From NCBI GenBank assembly GCA_963706595.1, contig OY970166.1:3488001-3552000 (forward strand): DNA of 64,000 nucleotides, in the 5' to 3' direction. The stretch comes from an uncultured cyanobacterium (GTDB lineage Bacteria; Cyanobacteriota; Cyanobacteriia; Cyanobacteriales; Nostocaceae). Below, one piece after another: positions 1-11,200 of this stretch (positions are counted from its first letter, which is position 1; each line of letters begins with the position of its first letter). Under the pieces are notes generated by a model that saw only the letters and a list, made by a program, of their open reading frames with translations, ran no database searches and was not told the DNA's origin. The position numbers and the translations under genes are program-made.

Positions 1-402
1 CCGTATTTTTCCGTCTTTTAATTTAAGAGAGCGTCCGGTGAAAGTTGCTAATGCTAAACCACCCGATACTCTGTAATTTGGTAATCTTGGCTTTTGAGTA
101 ACAGTTCCTTTTTTTATACCTTTTAGCAGCCCCACGTAGGACTTAAAGGACTCAGCCACTCGAGTTAATATTTGCTGCGCTGTATCAGAGTACAAAGCTT
201 GATAGTGCTTGTTTTTCTGAATAGTGCCTAATTGTTTATGTAAATCAGCTTTGCTAGGAAATTTGCCAGTCTTAAAATAATATTGACGACTGTAATAAAC
301 TCCACAATTAATCAAGTTATTTGCTTCTGTACAAACATATTCAAGCAAAGCTTTTAGTTTGTTGTCTGGACTAATCAGATTTTGCTGACATCCGTAAAGC
401 AT
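1..402 (-). CDS. tnpB: TnpB RNA-guided endonuclease (IS200/IS605 family), N-terminal 134 aa; 3' end lies outside the window
   Basis: Manual translation from ATG at 402: MLYGCQQNLISPDNKLKALLEYVCTEANNLINCGVYYSRQYYFKTG...YQALYSDTAQQILTRVAESFKSY...KPRLPNYR, typical of the cyanobacterial TnpB N-terminus. Missing from the ORF track because it is truncated. Confidence 0.85.
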   Translation of the reverse strand, partial: MLYGCQQNLISPDNKLKALLEYVCTEANNLINCGVYYSRQYYFKTGKFPSKADLHKQLGTIQKNKHYQALYSDTAQQILTRVAESFKSYVGLLKGIKKGTVTQKPRLPNYRVSGGLALATFTGRSLKLKDGKIR

Positions 403-458
403 TTTTTAACTTACAATGTTACTATATATTAGTATATCAATATAAAAAGCAAATAGCA

Positions 459-641
459 ATGCCGTTTCAAAAAAAGCATAAACTAGGCTTTACAAGCAAT
501 CAACCGTTTGATAAAAACCCCGTTTGTTTTAAAGTTCCGCCCGGTGTCAAGGACAAACTAAAAACTATCCCTGACTGGCAAGAACGATTAAGAGAGTTTG
601 TTGATAGACTTATTGATGAGGTAAAGATTGAAGGCGATTAA
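459..641 (+). CDS. Small (60 aa) putative ribbon-helix-helix-like DNA-binding protein, divergent from tnpB
   Basis: Beta-strand-like segment (PVCFKV) followed by two helices (GVKDKLKTI, WQERLREFVDRLI); starts 56 nt from the tnpB start. Confidence 0.55.
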   Translation: MPFQKKHKLGFTSNQPFDKNPVCFKVPPGVKDKLKTIPDWQERLREFVDRLIDEVKIEGD

Positions 642-644
642 AAT

Positions 645-790
645 CGTTTCTCCTTCGGAGACGCTACGCTGTAAGCGTATCGCTAAAGCGAAAGCTCCGC
701 TAACGCGGTAGCGTGCCGGAGGCTCTAGCTATGCCGTTGGCGTTCGCGTAGCGTGTCGCAGACAAGCCTCTCGAAGAGAAGGCTTTACGT
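645..790. repeat. Cluster of nested small palindromic dispersed repeats (SDR-like)
   Basis: GC-rich short hairpins (tctccttcggaga, tgtcgcagaca, tctcgaagaga, agctatgccg...ggctttacg) in an AT-rich context. Confidence 0.65.
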
Positions 791-878
791 GTCGCTTACC
801 TCTCAGCACTGAAGTGAGTGAGCTTCCCGCATACCGTGTATTTTTGTGAAAAATTCATAGCTGTTAAGAAACTCAAAA

Positions 879-1379
879 ATGTCGGAAAAACAACCAATTC
901 CAGCACAATTACCACCAACCAGCGCCATTGAAATTCCATCGAACCAGGAATTTGAGAGTTGGTTTGAATATCCGGTGAGAGTGCAACCCCATCATACTGA
1001 CTATGCTGGTGTCGTCTGGCATGGTAGTTATATCGCTTGGATGGAAGAAGCACGCGTAGAATGCTTGAGATCCATCGGCATTGATTTTGCTGATTTAGTA
1101 GCATTAGGCTGCGACTTACCAGTTGTAGAACTTTCAGTCCGCTATCACCGTTCAATTCAGTTAGGAATGGCTGTAATTGTCAAAATACGCATCACTGAAG
1201 TCACTGGTGTCCGCATGAACTGGGATTATGGAATTGTCTCAACTGATGGACAGCAATTATATACTACGGCTAAAGTGACATTAGTAGCACTGGATCGCGA
1301 AAGAGGTAAAATAATGCGTCAACTACCTGCAACTGTTAAAGACGCGTTAGCTAAGATTTCCACGTTACCCAATAATTAA
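879..1379 (+). CDS. Acyl-CoA thioesterase (YbgC/4HBT hotdog family)
   Basis: Motif VRVQPHHTDYAGVVWHGSYIAWMEEAR. Confidence 0.88.
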   Translation: MSEKQPIPAQLPPTSAIEIPSNQEFESWFEYPVRVQPHHTDYAGVVWHGSYIAWMEEARVECLRSIGIDFADLVALGCDLPVVELSVRYHRSIQLGMAVIVKIRITEVTGVRMNWDYGIVSTDGQQLYTTAKVTLVALDRERGKIMRQLPATVKDALAKISTLPNN

Positions 1380-1524
1380 CAACACAAGGGTGAAGAATGC
1401 AGATGCTTGGCAAACAGATGATTGCAGGTTTGCTGGAAGATATTCTTCTTCATCCTTGGTTCTGTTGCAAATTATAGCCGTATTCACATAAGCACTCTCT
1501 TGTAAAGAAGCGATAAATCGCGTC

Positions 1525-1719
1525 TTAGTTCGGCGAAATTGTTTGAGCAATAAGCATGATCTGATGCCAAATATCTTGAGGTGTAATCCCAAAACCGATA
1601 TTTAATAAAACCAGGATTGCCGCAATTGTTAAGGCATTCTTCAAAGTAGTTTTAATAATTTTAAACAAGATTACGAATACTATCCAAGCCAGAATTAGGG
1701 TAGGAATCATCAATATCAA
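1525..1719 (-). CDS. Small hypothetical membrane protein
   Basis: Two hydrophobic segments followed by FGITPQDIW. Confidence 0.6.
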   Translation of the reverse strand: MILMIPTLILAWIVFVILFKIIKTTLKNALTIAAILVLLNIGFGITPQDIWHQIMLIAQTISPN

Positions 1720-2044
1720 TTCCTTAAAAATATCCCTTGTTTAAGGGTTACAGTAAATATTTATTGAGCGAACAATTACTGTTAAATAATTTGTTTTATC
1801 CAAACTGTAATAACTCTTACTACTAAGTTTTTACTAGAAGTTTGAAGTAATTGTTATATGCTAAGTATACTAGAAAAGTTTCCTAAATTTTGGCTGAACA
1901 GAGTCTTTTATATAATAAATTAGTAAATTTTTTGGCTTGATTGTTAAATATATATAAATTATTGAATTACATCAAGCTGAAAACTAGTGAGGAGTGGTTG
2001 CTGAAATAACCATCCTCACTAATATTTTTGTGCTATCGAGTTGT

Positions 2045-3241
2045 TTAGTGTAACGAAATCACCTGCGAAGAAGATTCTAACTTGTTAGCGACTGTTAAAA
2101 CTTCTTGCCTTGCCCATTTATCTGCTGCCAAAATGTCATCTAAAGCCGGATTTGTACAGTTATCATTTTGATGGCGATCGCACACCAATTCGATACATCG
2201 GGGAATATCTAAAAATTGAATTTTCTCCTCTAAAAATAACGCCACAACCTGTTCATTGGCAGCATTTAACACCGCCGGCATCGAACCCCCAGCCCTACCA
2301 GCCGCATAAGCCAACTGCATACAAGGATACTTCTGATGGTCTGGTTCACGGAAAGTTAAATTACCAGCTTTCACCAAATCCAGCCTTTCCCAGTCAGTGT
2401 AAATCCGCTCAGGCCAAGATAAAGCATAGAGTAAAGGTAAACGCATATCCGGCCAACCAAGTTGAGCTAAAACAGATGTATCTTGCAACTCAATCAGCGA
2501 GTGAATAATACTCTGGGGATGAATGACAATATCAATATCTTCATAATCCAAGCCAAACAGAAAGTGAGCTTCAATCACTTCCAGACCCTTGTTCATCAAA
2601 GTAGCCGAGTCTACGGTGATTTTCCGCCCCATCGACCAGTTTGGATGCTTCAGCGCATCAGCAACCTTCACCTGGGCTAACTTTTCTACATCCCAATCAC
2701 GGAAAGCCCCACCCGAAGCCGTGAGCAAAATTCGCCGCAAGCCACCCTTGGGAATACCTTGGAGACATTGAAATATGGCTGAATGCTCAGAATCAGCAGG
2801 CAATAATTTTACACCATGTTTTTCTACTAGAGGTAAAACCACCGGACCACCAGCAATCAAAGTTTCTTTATTGGCCAAGGCGATATCTTTACCAGCTTCA
2901 ATCGCGGCGATGGTTGGTAATAAACCAGCACAACCCACAATCCCTGTAACCACAGTTTCTGCATCACCATAACGAGCGACTTCTATCACCCCAGAAATAC
3001 CAGCGAGTAGAATCGGTTGGGGATCAAGGTCTTTGATTGCTTCTTGGAGTTCTGGCAATTTCTCCTCAGCCGAAATCGCCGCTATACTTGGTCGAAACTG
3101 CCGAATTTGAGCCGCCAACATCTCCACATTACTCCCAGCAGCCAATCCCACAATCCGAAACTGATCTGGATACTGAGTAACGATATCTAAAGTTTGAGTA
3201 CCGATGGAGCCAGTAGAACCAACAAGAGTAATAGCTTTCAC
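2045..3241 (-). CDS. dxr: 1-deoxy-D-xylulose-5-phosphate reductoisomerase
   Basis: GSTGSIG, LANKE, PADSEH and HPNWSMG motifs. Start moved to the GTG at 3241 ([11 protein letters not shown]). Confidence 0.96.
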   Translation of the reverse strand: MKAITLVGSTGSIGTQTLDIVTQYPDQFRIVGLAAGSNVEMLAAQIRQFRPSIAAISAEEKLPELQEAIKDLDPQPILLAGISGVIEVARYGDAETVVTGIVGCAGLLPTIAAIEAGKDIALANKETLIAGGPVVLPLVEKHGVKLLPADSEHSAIFQCLQGIPKGGLRRILLTASGGAFRDWDVEKLAQVKVADALKHPNWSMGRKITVDSATLMNKGLEVIEAHFLFGLDYEDIDIVIHPQSIIHSLIELQDTSVLAQLGWPDMRLPLLYALSWPERIYTDWERLDLVKAGNLTFREPDHQKYPCMQLAYAAGRAGGSMPAVLNAANEQVVALFLEEKIQFLDIPRCIELVCDRHQNDNCTNPALDDILAADKWARQEVLTVANKLESSSQVISLH

Positions 3242-3460
3242 AATTGCTTTAAAATTTACAAACAACTTCCAGTTTGACATTCTCCCGCCCCAGATGGCTG
3301 ATGATTCTGAGACTGAATATCGCCCCTCTGGGTTTTTCTCATCTATAGTTGACACCTTTGCACCCAAAATTTTGAAATAATACTTGGGATTGTAGTTTCA
3401 GTAGTTTTAGGCAATAATTAGGAGAATACAGGTAGTTAATTATGTTTTTCAAATATTAAA

Positions 3461-4882
3461 ATGCTGACTAAAGATATGTTTTTAGGGCGATGGCACAAAG
3501 GACTCATTAAACCTAGTGCTGTTGCTTGGATGATTGGTGTGAGTACTTTAATTTTATTTGCCGCTAGTAGTTTAAGACATAGTTTATTTCAATCAACTGC
3601 TTTTGACTTAGGTATTTTTGACCAAGCCTCTTACTTAATTAGTCAAGGTCAAAGCCCTATCTCTTCTTTCATCGGATTCCACATTTTCGGTGATCATGCT
3701 GCTTGGATTTTTTATCCTTTAGCTCTATTTTATAAAATCTATCCCAGCGTTTATTGGTTATTTGCCATCCAAGCGTTTTCTTTATCTTTAGGTGCTTTAC
3801 CGACGTATTATTTAGCCATTGTAGCAGGATTAAAAGAGAGCCAAGCAATGGCTATGGCTGTTGTATATTTGTTGTATCCAGTTGTTTTTAATGCCAACTT
3901 ATTTGATTTCCATCCTGAAGTTATTGCTGTTCCTTTACTGCTAAGTGCAATTTTAGCAGCACGCCAACGAAAGATAGCTTGGTTTTGCTTATCGATGATT
4001 GTAGTTTTGGGATGTAAAGCAGTACTTTCCCTGACTGTTGTAGCAATGGGTTTTTATTTAATCTTGTGTGAGAAGCGACGTTTGTGTGGTGCGATCGCTA
4101 TTTTTTCAGGTGTGAGTTGGTTTTTAATCGCTACTCAAATAATTATTCCTGTATTTAGTGGTAGAGAAGCAGCAGCAGTAGGGCGTTATAGCTACTTAGG
4201 TAATTCAGTTTTTGAAATTGTTAAAAATTTAATATTTAACCCAGGAGTAATCCTTGTAAATCTTTTTTCACTAGATAACTTTGGATATTTAATTTTGTTA
4301 TTTTTACCTATAATTTGGGGTCTTTCCTCTGCTAGCTTCAAACCCTTAATACCTGCTATTCCCTGTATATTACTTAACTTATTAGCTGATTATCAAGCCC
4401 AAAAAGATTTGGTTCATCAATATTCATTACCAGCTTTACCATTTCTAATACTAGCTGTAATTGCTAGTTTGGCTGTAGGTAAAGGATGGCTGCAACATAG
4501 ACGAGGAATTATTATCTGGTCATTAATCGCATTTCTGTGTTTGGCAAAATTCACCCATTTTGGCGGTAGATATTTGAGATATTTAGATAATTTGCAAGCC
4601 ACACAGCAAGCAGTTTCCTTAGTGTCACCCCAAGGAGGTGTTTATACAACAGCCCAAATTTCTCCACATTTAAGTCACCGCAAACTAATTAAGTTCACAG
4701 ATGCTAGTTCTCCTGCAATTGACTTGCATATTTTTGATTATGTATTATTGAATGTACGTCATCCAGGTTGGGGAAGTAATGAAGAATTTGCTAATAGCTT
4801 AGTAAATAAACTAAAATCTGAACCTAGATTTAAATTACAATTTCAAAGTGACGATGTGTATTTATTCAATAAGCATTTATAA
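3461..4882 (+). CDS. DUF2079-type polytopic membrane protein (putative GT-C glycosyltransferase)
   Basis: AFDLGIFDQ, FGDH and FDFHPE motifs; many TM helices. Confidence 0.75.
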   Translation: MLTKDMFLGRWHKGLIKPSAVAWMIGVSTLILFAASSLRHSLFQSTAFDLGIFDQASYLISQGQSPISSFIGFHIFGDHAAWIFYPLALFYKIYPSVYWLFAIQAFSLSLGALPTYYLAIVAGLKESQAMAMAVVYLLYPVVFNANLFDFHPEVIAVPLLLSAILAARQRKIAWFCLSMIVVLGCKAVLSLTVVAMGFYLILCEKRRLCGAIAIFSGVSWFLIATQIIIPVFSGREAAAVGRYSYLGNSVFEIVKNLIFNPGVILVNLFSLDNFGYLILLFLPIIWGLSSASFKPLIPAIPCILLNLLADYQAQKDLVHQYSLPALPFLILAVIASLAVGKGWLQHRRGIIIWSLIAFLCLAKFTHFGGRYLRYLDNLQATQQAVSLVSPQGGVYTTAQISPHLSHRKLIKFTDASSPAIDLHIFDYVLLNVRHPGWGSNEEFANSLVNKLKSEPRFKLQFQSDDVYLFNKHL

Positions 4883-4909
4883 CTTTGGTCAAACATAAAA
4901 ACCCAAAAA

Positions 4910-6460
4910 TTATGAAACTGGTGGCGAAATTAAGGTAAATTCTTCAGATGTGCCTAAGACTCGACCGCCAGATAAATTGAGATTCTGTAAACTGGCATGA
5001 TCTAATAGTAAAGAAGATTTATTTGACCACATTTGTTGTAAAACTTTGATATCTGCGGGAATGACTTGACAATCACAGTAAAAATCTAAACTAGGACGCT
5101 GATATGCAAAAGAAGTATAAATTTTAGTTCCTGGGGAAATATGGGCGCGAATTAATGTCGCCACAGGCTTGACCGGAAATGCTTCATTTAACTCCCAAAT
5201 CCAGGATTGCGAACTCATTAATAGTCCTAAAACTAAATACATCCCCGAAAATAGCACAGGAATAAACAAGCGATTTTTCTGTTTAATTAGCCATGCTGCT
5301 ATACTCATGCTGATTGCCAAAATCAGACTCATGGTTATTAACACAGGTTGAGGATCTGCAATAGCAAAGTAAATACATCCTCCGACACCTGCTAAACTAA
5401 TAATAACTAGAAATACTGCCCAATATTTGTTAATTAAATAGCGATGCTGCCAAACTTCGCTCAATTGCGCCCCAATTGCTAAAGCTAAAAAGGGATAAAT
5501 AGGCATGATATACCACGGCAGTTTTGTTCTCATCAAAGAAATGGTGAGAAAATAAACAATTGTCCCGATGAGAACTAGACGCGCCCAAGTAGTATGACGT
5601 TTTTTTGCAGCTAAATATAATCCTCCCGGCAAAAACATCAACCAGGGAAAAGCGTATTTGATTAACTCAATTAAATAGTACCAAGGAGGCGCACTATTAC
5701 CTTCCACAGAAGTTGTGAGACGGTTAAAGGTTTGTGCTTGTAAATTTATTTCTAAGAAATTATTGCCATAATATTGCCATTGGGCAACATACCAAGCCAA
5801 AGGTGCAACTGTACCGAAAAACATTCCCACCCAAAAATAGGGGTTTTTCCACAAAGTTAATTGTCCCTCAGCGATCGCAAATAAACAAGCGATCGCACCT
5901 AGCAACAAAACCAGCATTCCCTTTGTCAGAGTAATTAGCCCCAAGCAAATCCCCACACCCAAAGCATAGGATTTATTTTGACGCGCCTTTAGTAAAAAAA
6001 ATAACAATAATAAGAAAAAAGTAATACTCGCGCCATCTAGCATCGCCAGTCTACCATGACGGACTACAGGCAACATTGTTAAATAAACCAAAGCGGCAAA
6101 CACAGCTGGCAAATTTTGCTGAAACACCAAACCTCCGACTAAGTACAGTGTGGGTACTCCCAAAGCCGTTAGAATTGCACTAGGTAAGCGTGTTGTCCAC
6201 TCATTCACTCCTCCGAGAGAGTAAGCCCAAGCGATTAGTAAGTGGATTAGAGGTGGTTTGTTATGATATGGTTCATCTCCCAACATGGGATAAAGCCAAC
6301 GCATCGAACCAAGGGGGGCGCGCCAAATTTCACGCGCAACTTGTGCTACAGTACCCTCATCCCAGTCACGTAAAGGTAAGTTTCCCAAAAATATTAGCCA
6401 GAGAATCAGAGATCCTACAACCAAGCTAAATAGCCATTCTTTTTCTCGAAATGGACGCAT
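4910..6460 (-). CDS. ArnT/PMT-family (GT39/GT83) glycosyltransferase
   Basis: LRDWDEG...VAREI, NKPPL, RLAMLD and TKLPWYIMP motifs. Confidence 0.85.
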   Translation of the reverse strand: MRPFREKEWLFSLVVGSLILWLIFLGNLPLRDWDEGTVAQVAREIWRAPLGSMRWLYPMLGDEPYHNKPPLIHLLIAWAYSLGGVNEWTTRLPSAILTALGVPTLYLVGGLVFQQNLPAVFAALVYLTMLPVVRHGRLAMLDGASITFFLLLLFFLLKARQNKSYALGVGICLGLITLTKGMLVLLLGAIACLFAIAEGQLTLWKNPYFWVGMFFGTVAPLAWYVAQWQYYGNNFLEINLQAQTFNRLTTSVEGNSAPPWYYLIELIKYAFPWLMFLPGGLYLAAKKRHTTWARLVLIGTIVYFLTISLMRTKLPWYIMPIYPFLALAIGAQLSEVWQHRYLINKYWAVFLVIISLAGVGGCIYFAIADPQPVLITMSLILAISMSIAAWLIKQKNRLFIPVLFSGMYLVLGLLMSSQSWIWELNEAFPVKPVATLIRAHISPGTKIYTSFAYQRPSLDFYCDCQVIPADIKVLQQMWSNKSSLLLDHASLQNLNLSGGRVLGTSEEFTLISPPVS

Positions 6461-7245
6461 ATCTGAAATTAATATAACTTTTGATCATGATTAGATAATA
6501 GCTTTCAGTATTGCTGAGAGCTAACAAAACATCTTTTTAGCTGAGTCTGGCTTTGGCTTGTGCTGAAGGCGATGAAATATATAAAGATGCTTAAGTTATC
6601 CAACATCCTCTAAATTACGTATTTATCCTACATCTACATCCATTAAAATTCTGATCGTAACGATCTATTTATTGACAAGTAAAAATATTCTCAAAATTTC
6701 AACTACCTTTAGGTAGAAGTTGCCTGAAGTTTCAACATCTATAAAATAACTGAGATGCTGATCAAAATTCTGCGGAATAAATGAGTAAACAGTATAGAGA
6801 GTAACGGCTTAGTTTACCTTAATAATGAGAAACTATATAGAGTTGATTATCATCCGTCTACTTTGTAGCAGTTAAAAGGTCGCAGTCAATAAGTTAAAAA
6901 TTTAACTTTTTCTTAAAAATGAAGCAATCAATGGCAGTCAACATTAAACTATACTCTACCCACTAGACAACCCAAATTTAAAAACATAATTGCTTAAGTA
7001 CAATTAGGTATTATTGTTAAAAATTGACAAATATTGTCTGGCTATTGTTCATCTAAAACCAGATAATTTAGGTTACAGTTGAAGCCTTATCAACCATAGC
7101 CCATATTTCTTAAATTTCTGTAAATCTGTATCTAAAAGTTCTGGATTAGCAGTTAAATTCTGTGTATCTAATATTTAGAGGCAAGTGTGCTGTAAAGTAC
7201 CGTCAGAATTGTGACTGGTGGTTCTACCCTTGAAGGAGCTATGAA

Positions 7246-8157
7246 GTGGAAAACAGTAAGTCGTTTCTTTGGCCGCAAGGAATATTAATTGCGCTACTGG
7301 CCTTGAGTGCTACTTTAAGCATGAGCTTAATGTTACTCATCAAGCCAGATGCTTCTGACGCTCAGAAAAAACAAACTATAGATATAAATAATTTATCTGC
7401 TGCTAAAGTTGGGACACAGCAGCGCATTGAAGCATTAAAGACGGCGATGTTCACCAGTTGGCAGGAAGAAGCCAACATGAAGGGTTTAGCCTCTGCTGCA
7501 CCTCCACGCTTTCAAGGAGCAACCATTAAGGAGGCAAAACTAATTAAAGGTAAGAAAGTAATTGCTCTCACCTTTGATGATGGACCTTGGCCAGAAACTA
7601 CTGCACAAGTGCTGGATATTCTCAAACAAAATAATATTAAAGGGACATTTTTTGTCGTTGGACAGAATGTGAAGAATTATCCCCACTTAGCAAAGCGGGT
7701 GGTTGCTGAAGGTCACTCTATTGCTAATCATACTTGGCATCATTGGTATCATTACATGAATCAAAAGGCGGCTGCTTATGAAGTTGATCACACCTCAAAT
7801 TTGATTTATCAAACTACAGGTGTAAAAACAAATTTGTTTAGACCACCTGGGGGGATCATGCATAATGGGGTAGCTGCCTATGCTAGAAATAGCAAGTATG
7901 CCATCATTATGTGGTCATCTGATTCATTAGATTATTCACGCCCTAGTGTTCCAAACTTAGTTAATAATGTTTTCAGGAACGCCACACCCGGAGGTATTGT
8001 TTTATTACACGATGGTGGTGGTAATCGTTCCCAAACTGTGCAAGCATTACCAGAAATTATTAGTAAGTTTCGCCAGCAAGGCTATAGTTTTGTGACTGTT
8101 CCAGAACTTTTAATGATGGAAGATAAGGAGCAAAGATTGTTAGCAAATAAAAAGTAA
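7246..8157 (+). CDS. Polysaccharide deacetylase (NodB/CE4)
   Basis: LTFDDGP, NHTWHH, FRPPGG and LLHDGG motifs; N-terminal TM anchor. Confidence 0.9.
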   Translation: MENSKSFLWPQGILIALLALSATLSMSLMLLIKPDASDAQKKQTIDINNLSAAKVGTQQRIEALKTAMFTSWQEEANMKGLASAAPPRFQGATIKEAKLIKGKKVIALTFDDGPWPETTAQVLDILKQNNIKGTFFVVGQNVKNYPHLAKRVVAEGHSIANHTWHHWYHYMNQKAAAYEVDHTSNLIYQTTGVKTNLFRPPGGIMHNGVAAYARNSKYAIIMWSSDSLDYSRPSVPNLVNNVFRNATPGGIVLLHDGGGNRSQTVQALPEIISKFRQQGYSFVTVPELLMMEDKEQRLLANKK

Positions 8158-8189
8158 TATTTATTTGGTTTGTGAATATTATAAAGTTT

Positions 8190-8222
8190 AGATCCCCGAC
8201 TTTTCTAAAAAGTCGGGGATCT
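8190..8222. terminator. Palindromic hairpin/bidirectional terminator between convergent genes
   Basis: agatccccgactttt-ct-aaaaagtcggggatct inverted repeat. Confidence 0.65.
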
Positions 8223-8234
8223 TTTGGTTCGCAA

Positions 8235-11200
8235 TTAAACTGAACTCAACTGTTTTTCGAGAACAGCTTGGGGATTTGCTTCGGGACTATCAGCTTCAGA
8301 AGGTGGAACCAATTGCCAGAACTTAGGCAAATATTCTGACCAATTTTGCAGAATCATTTTCGCTTTTGGTGAACCAGTGCGATCGCCATGAGTTTTAATT
8401 AATTCTTGCAGTTGTTTTGCACCGGCGGCTGTCAGCACTCGCTGGATTTTGACAATTTCAGGATTAACTGATTCCGGGAATGAATTGTCTTCATCTAAGA
8501 AATATGCCAGTCCCCCAGTCATCCCCGCGCCGACGTTACGCCCAACTTTGCCGAGGACAACAATCACGCCACCAGTCATGTACTCGCAGCAATGATCCCC
8601 AGCGCCTTCAATTACTGCCATACCTTTAGAGTTGCGTACAGCAAAGCGTTCTCCGGCTAAACCGTTGGCAAACAATACTCCACCGGTAGAACCATAAAGA
8701 CAGGTATTGCCAACTATCACATTTTCTGCTGGGTCATAAGTGGCATCAGCCGGGGGTTTGATGATAATTTCACCACCGTGCATTCCCTTACCTACGTAGT
8801 CGTTGGCTTCTCCTTCTAATGAGAGAATCATGCCAGGAAGGTTGAAAGCACCAAAGCTTTGTCCCACACTACCTTGGAAATTGAGGTTAATTTGTCCTTC
8901 AAAACCACTATCACCATATTGGGAAGCGATCGCACCTGCCAACCGTGCGCCCACTGTTCTATCGGTATTGACTAACTTTAAGCTTTTGCTAACAGTGGAT
9001 TGATTACTAATAGCCGCTTGAATTTCGGGATCAGCCAGGAATTGGTCATCTATCACCGCACCGTTGCTGTGAACTTCTTCATGTACCAACCAGCTACGAT
9101 CATTTTTGGCATCTGGTAGCTGAAGTAAACAATCAAGGTTGAGTCCTTGGGTTTTAGTAACTGTTGCATCGGCGCGTGTTGTTAACAAATCAGCACGTCC
9201 CACGATATCCAACAAAGAACGGTATCCCAGTCTAGCTAAAAGATGACGCACTTCTTCAGCTATAAAGCAGAAGAAATTCACAACGTGTTCCGGCATTCCT
9301 GTGAACCGTTTGCGGAGTTCTTCCTTCTGAGAAGCAACACCCACAGGGCAGTTATTCGTGTGGCAAATCCGCGCCATAATACAGCCTTCAGCAATCATGG
9401 CGATGGAACCAAAACCGAATTCCTCACCACCCATTAATGCACCTATTACCACGTCCCAACCACTTTTCAGCCCACCGTCTACACGCAAAATTACTCTGTC
9501 TCGCAGGCCGTTTTGCATCAAAACTCGATGTACTTCACTTAAACCCAGTTCCCACGGTGAACCAGCGTGTTTAATGGAACTCAGAGGTGATGCACCAGTA
9601 CCACCATCATGACCAGATACTTGAATGATATCGGCGTTAGCTTTCGCAACACCCGCCGCAATCGTCCCAATACCAATTTCTGCCACCAATTTCACTGATA
9701 CCTGGGCTTTGGGGTTAATTTGGTGCAGGTCAAAAATTAGCTGTGCTAAATCTTCAATGGAATAAATATCATGGTGCGGTGGTGGTGAAATCAGTGTCAC
9801 ACCGGGTTTGGAACGCCTTAACATCGCAATGTAAGGACTAACTTTTGGACCCGGTAACTGTCCACCTTCCCCAGGTTTTGCACCTTGGGCAATTTTGATT
9901 TCGATTTGTCTGGCGCTGCTTAAATATCCTGGTGTGACACCAAAGCGTCCTGATGCGACTTGTTTAATGGCACTAGAAGCTGTGTCACCATTTCGCAATC
10001 CATGTAAATGGGGCAGAGTTGGAGATTTACCTGCTGCATCTACATCATTCAGCACCTTATAGCGGACTGGATCTTCGCCGCCTTCGCCTGAGTTAGATTT
10101 TCCGCCAATGCGGTTCATGGCGATCGCCAAAGTTTCATGGGCTTCTCGTGACAACGCGCCCAAAGACATCCCACCAGTGCAGAAGCGTTTGAGAATCTCA
10201 CTGACTGATTCTACTTCTTCTAAAGGAATGGGCGAGCGATCGCTTTCAAAATCCAGCAAATCACGCAAAGCTGTCACCGGTCGGCCTTGGAGATGCTGTT
10301 TGTAAACCTCATAGTGATCATATTGCTTCCCATCCACAGCTTTATGCAGCGCCTTAGCCAATTCCGGGTTATTCATGTGGTACTCACCCTTGGGAAGACA
10401 CTGCACAAAACCCAAATTTTCTAACTTCTTCGCAGTCAGTTCGGGAAAAGCCTTGCTATGGAAAGACAGCACCTCTTGCGCCAATTCGCTCACACTTAAC
10501 CCACCAATGCGGGAAGTTGTGCCGTAGAATCCCAGTTTTAATAAATCCCCACCAATCCCAATAGCTTCAAAAATTTGTGCTGCTTGATAGCTGGAAAGTA
10601 AAGAAATTCCCATCTTAGAGAGAATTTTCAGTAACCCGGAATTTATGGCTTGACGGTAATTTCCGATAGCTTCATCTAAAGTCAGAGTAGCAATTTTACC
10701 CCGTTCCATGAAGCTTTGAGTTTTGGGTTCAAACCACCAATTGCGGACAGTATCCAAAGCTGTGTAAGGACAAACAGCATCCACACCATAACCAATCAGA
10801 CAAGCAAAATGATGTGTACTCCAGCACTGGGCTGTATTCACAATCAGCGAAGTTTTGGTTCGTAATCCTTGGCGAATCAAATAATGATGTACAGCACCTG
10901 CGGCTAACAAAGGCGGAATATAGGTATAGTCTGTACCGATACCATTTTCTCCTTCCAGGTGAAGGTCACTCAAAATTAAAATCTTTGCTCCTGCCTTGAC
11001 AGATTCCGCAGCTTGTGCTTGCAAAGACTCTACAGCATTTTTCAAACCATCGGGACCATTAGCAATAGCAAACAACGTCGATAATTGCGCCGTTGCAAAT
11101 CCTGATAATTGAATCGCTTCCAATTCCGTCTCAGTCAACACAGGCGATTCTAATTTCAGTTTTCGGGCGTGTTCTGGCTTCACTTCCAGTAAATTACCCC

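Larger units (their letters stand above)
1..835 (-). mobile_element. Left part of an IS200/IS605-like (IS1341-type, no tnpA seen) element
   Basis: tnpB 5' end, divergent small ORF and imperfect subterminal hairpin ctcagcactgaagtgagtgag at 802-822. The boundary is approximate. Confidence 0.55.

Noticed and set aside
3242..3367. 42-aa N-terminal extension of Dxr
   Set aside because: Family similarity begins at the GTG at 3241.
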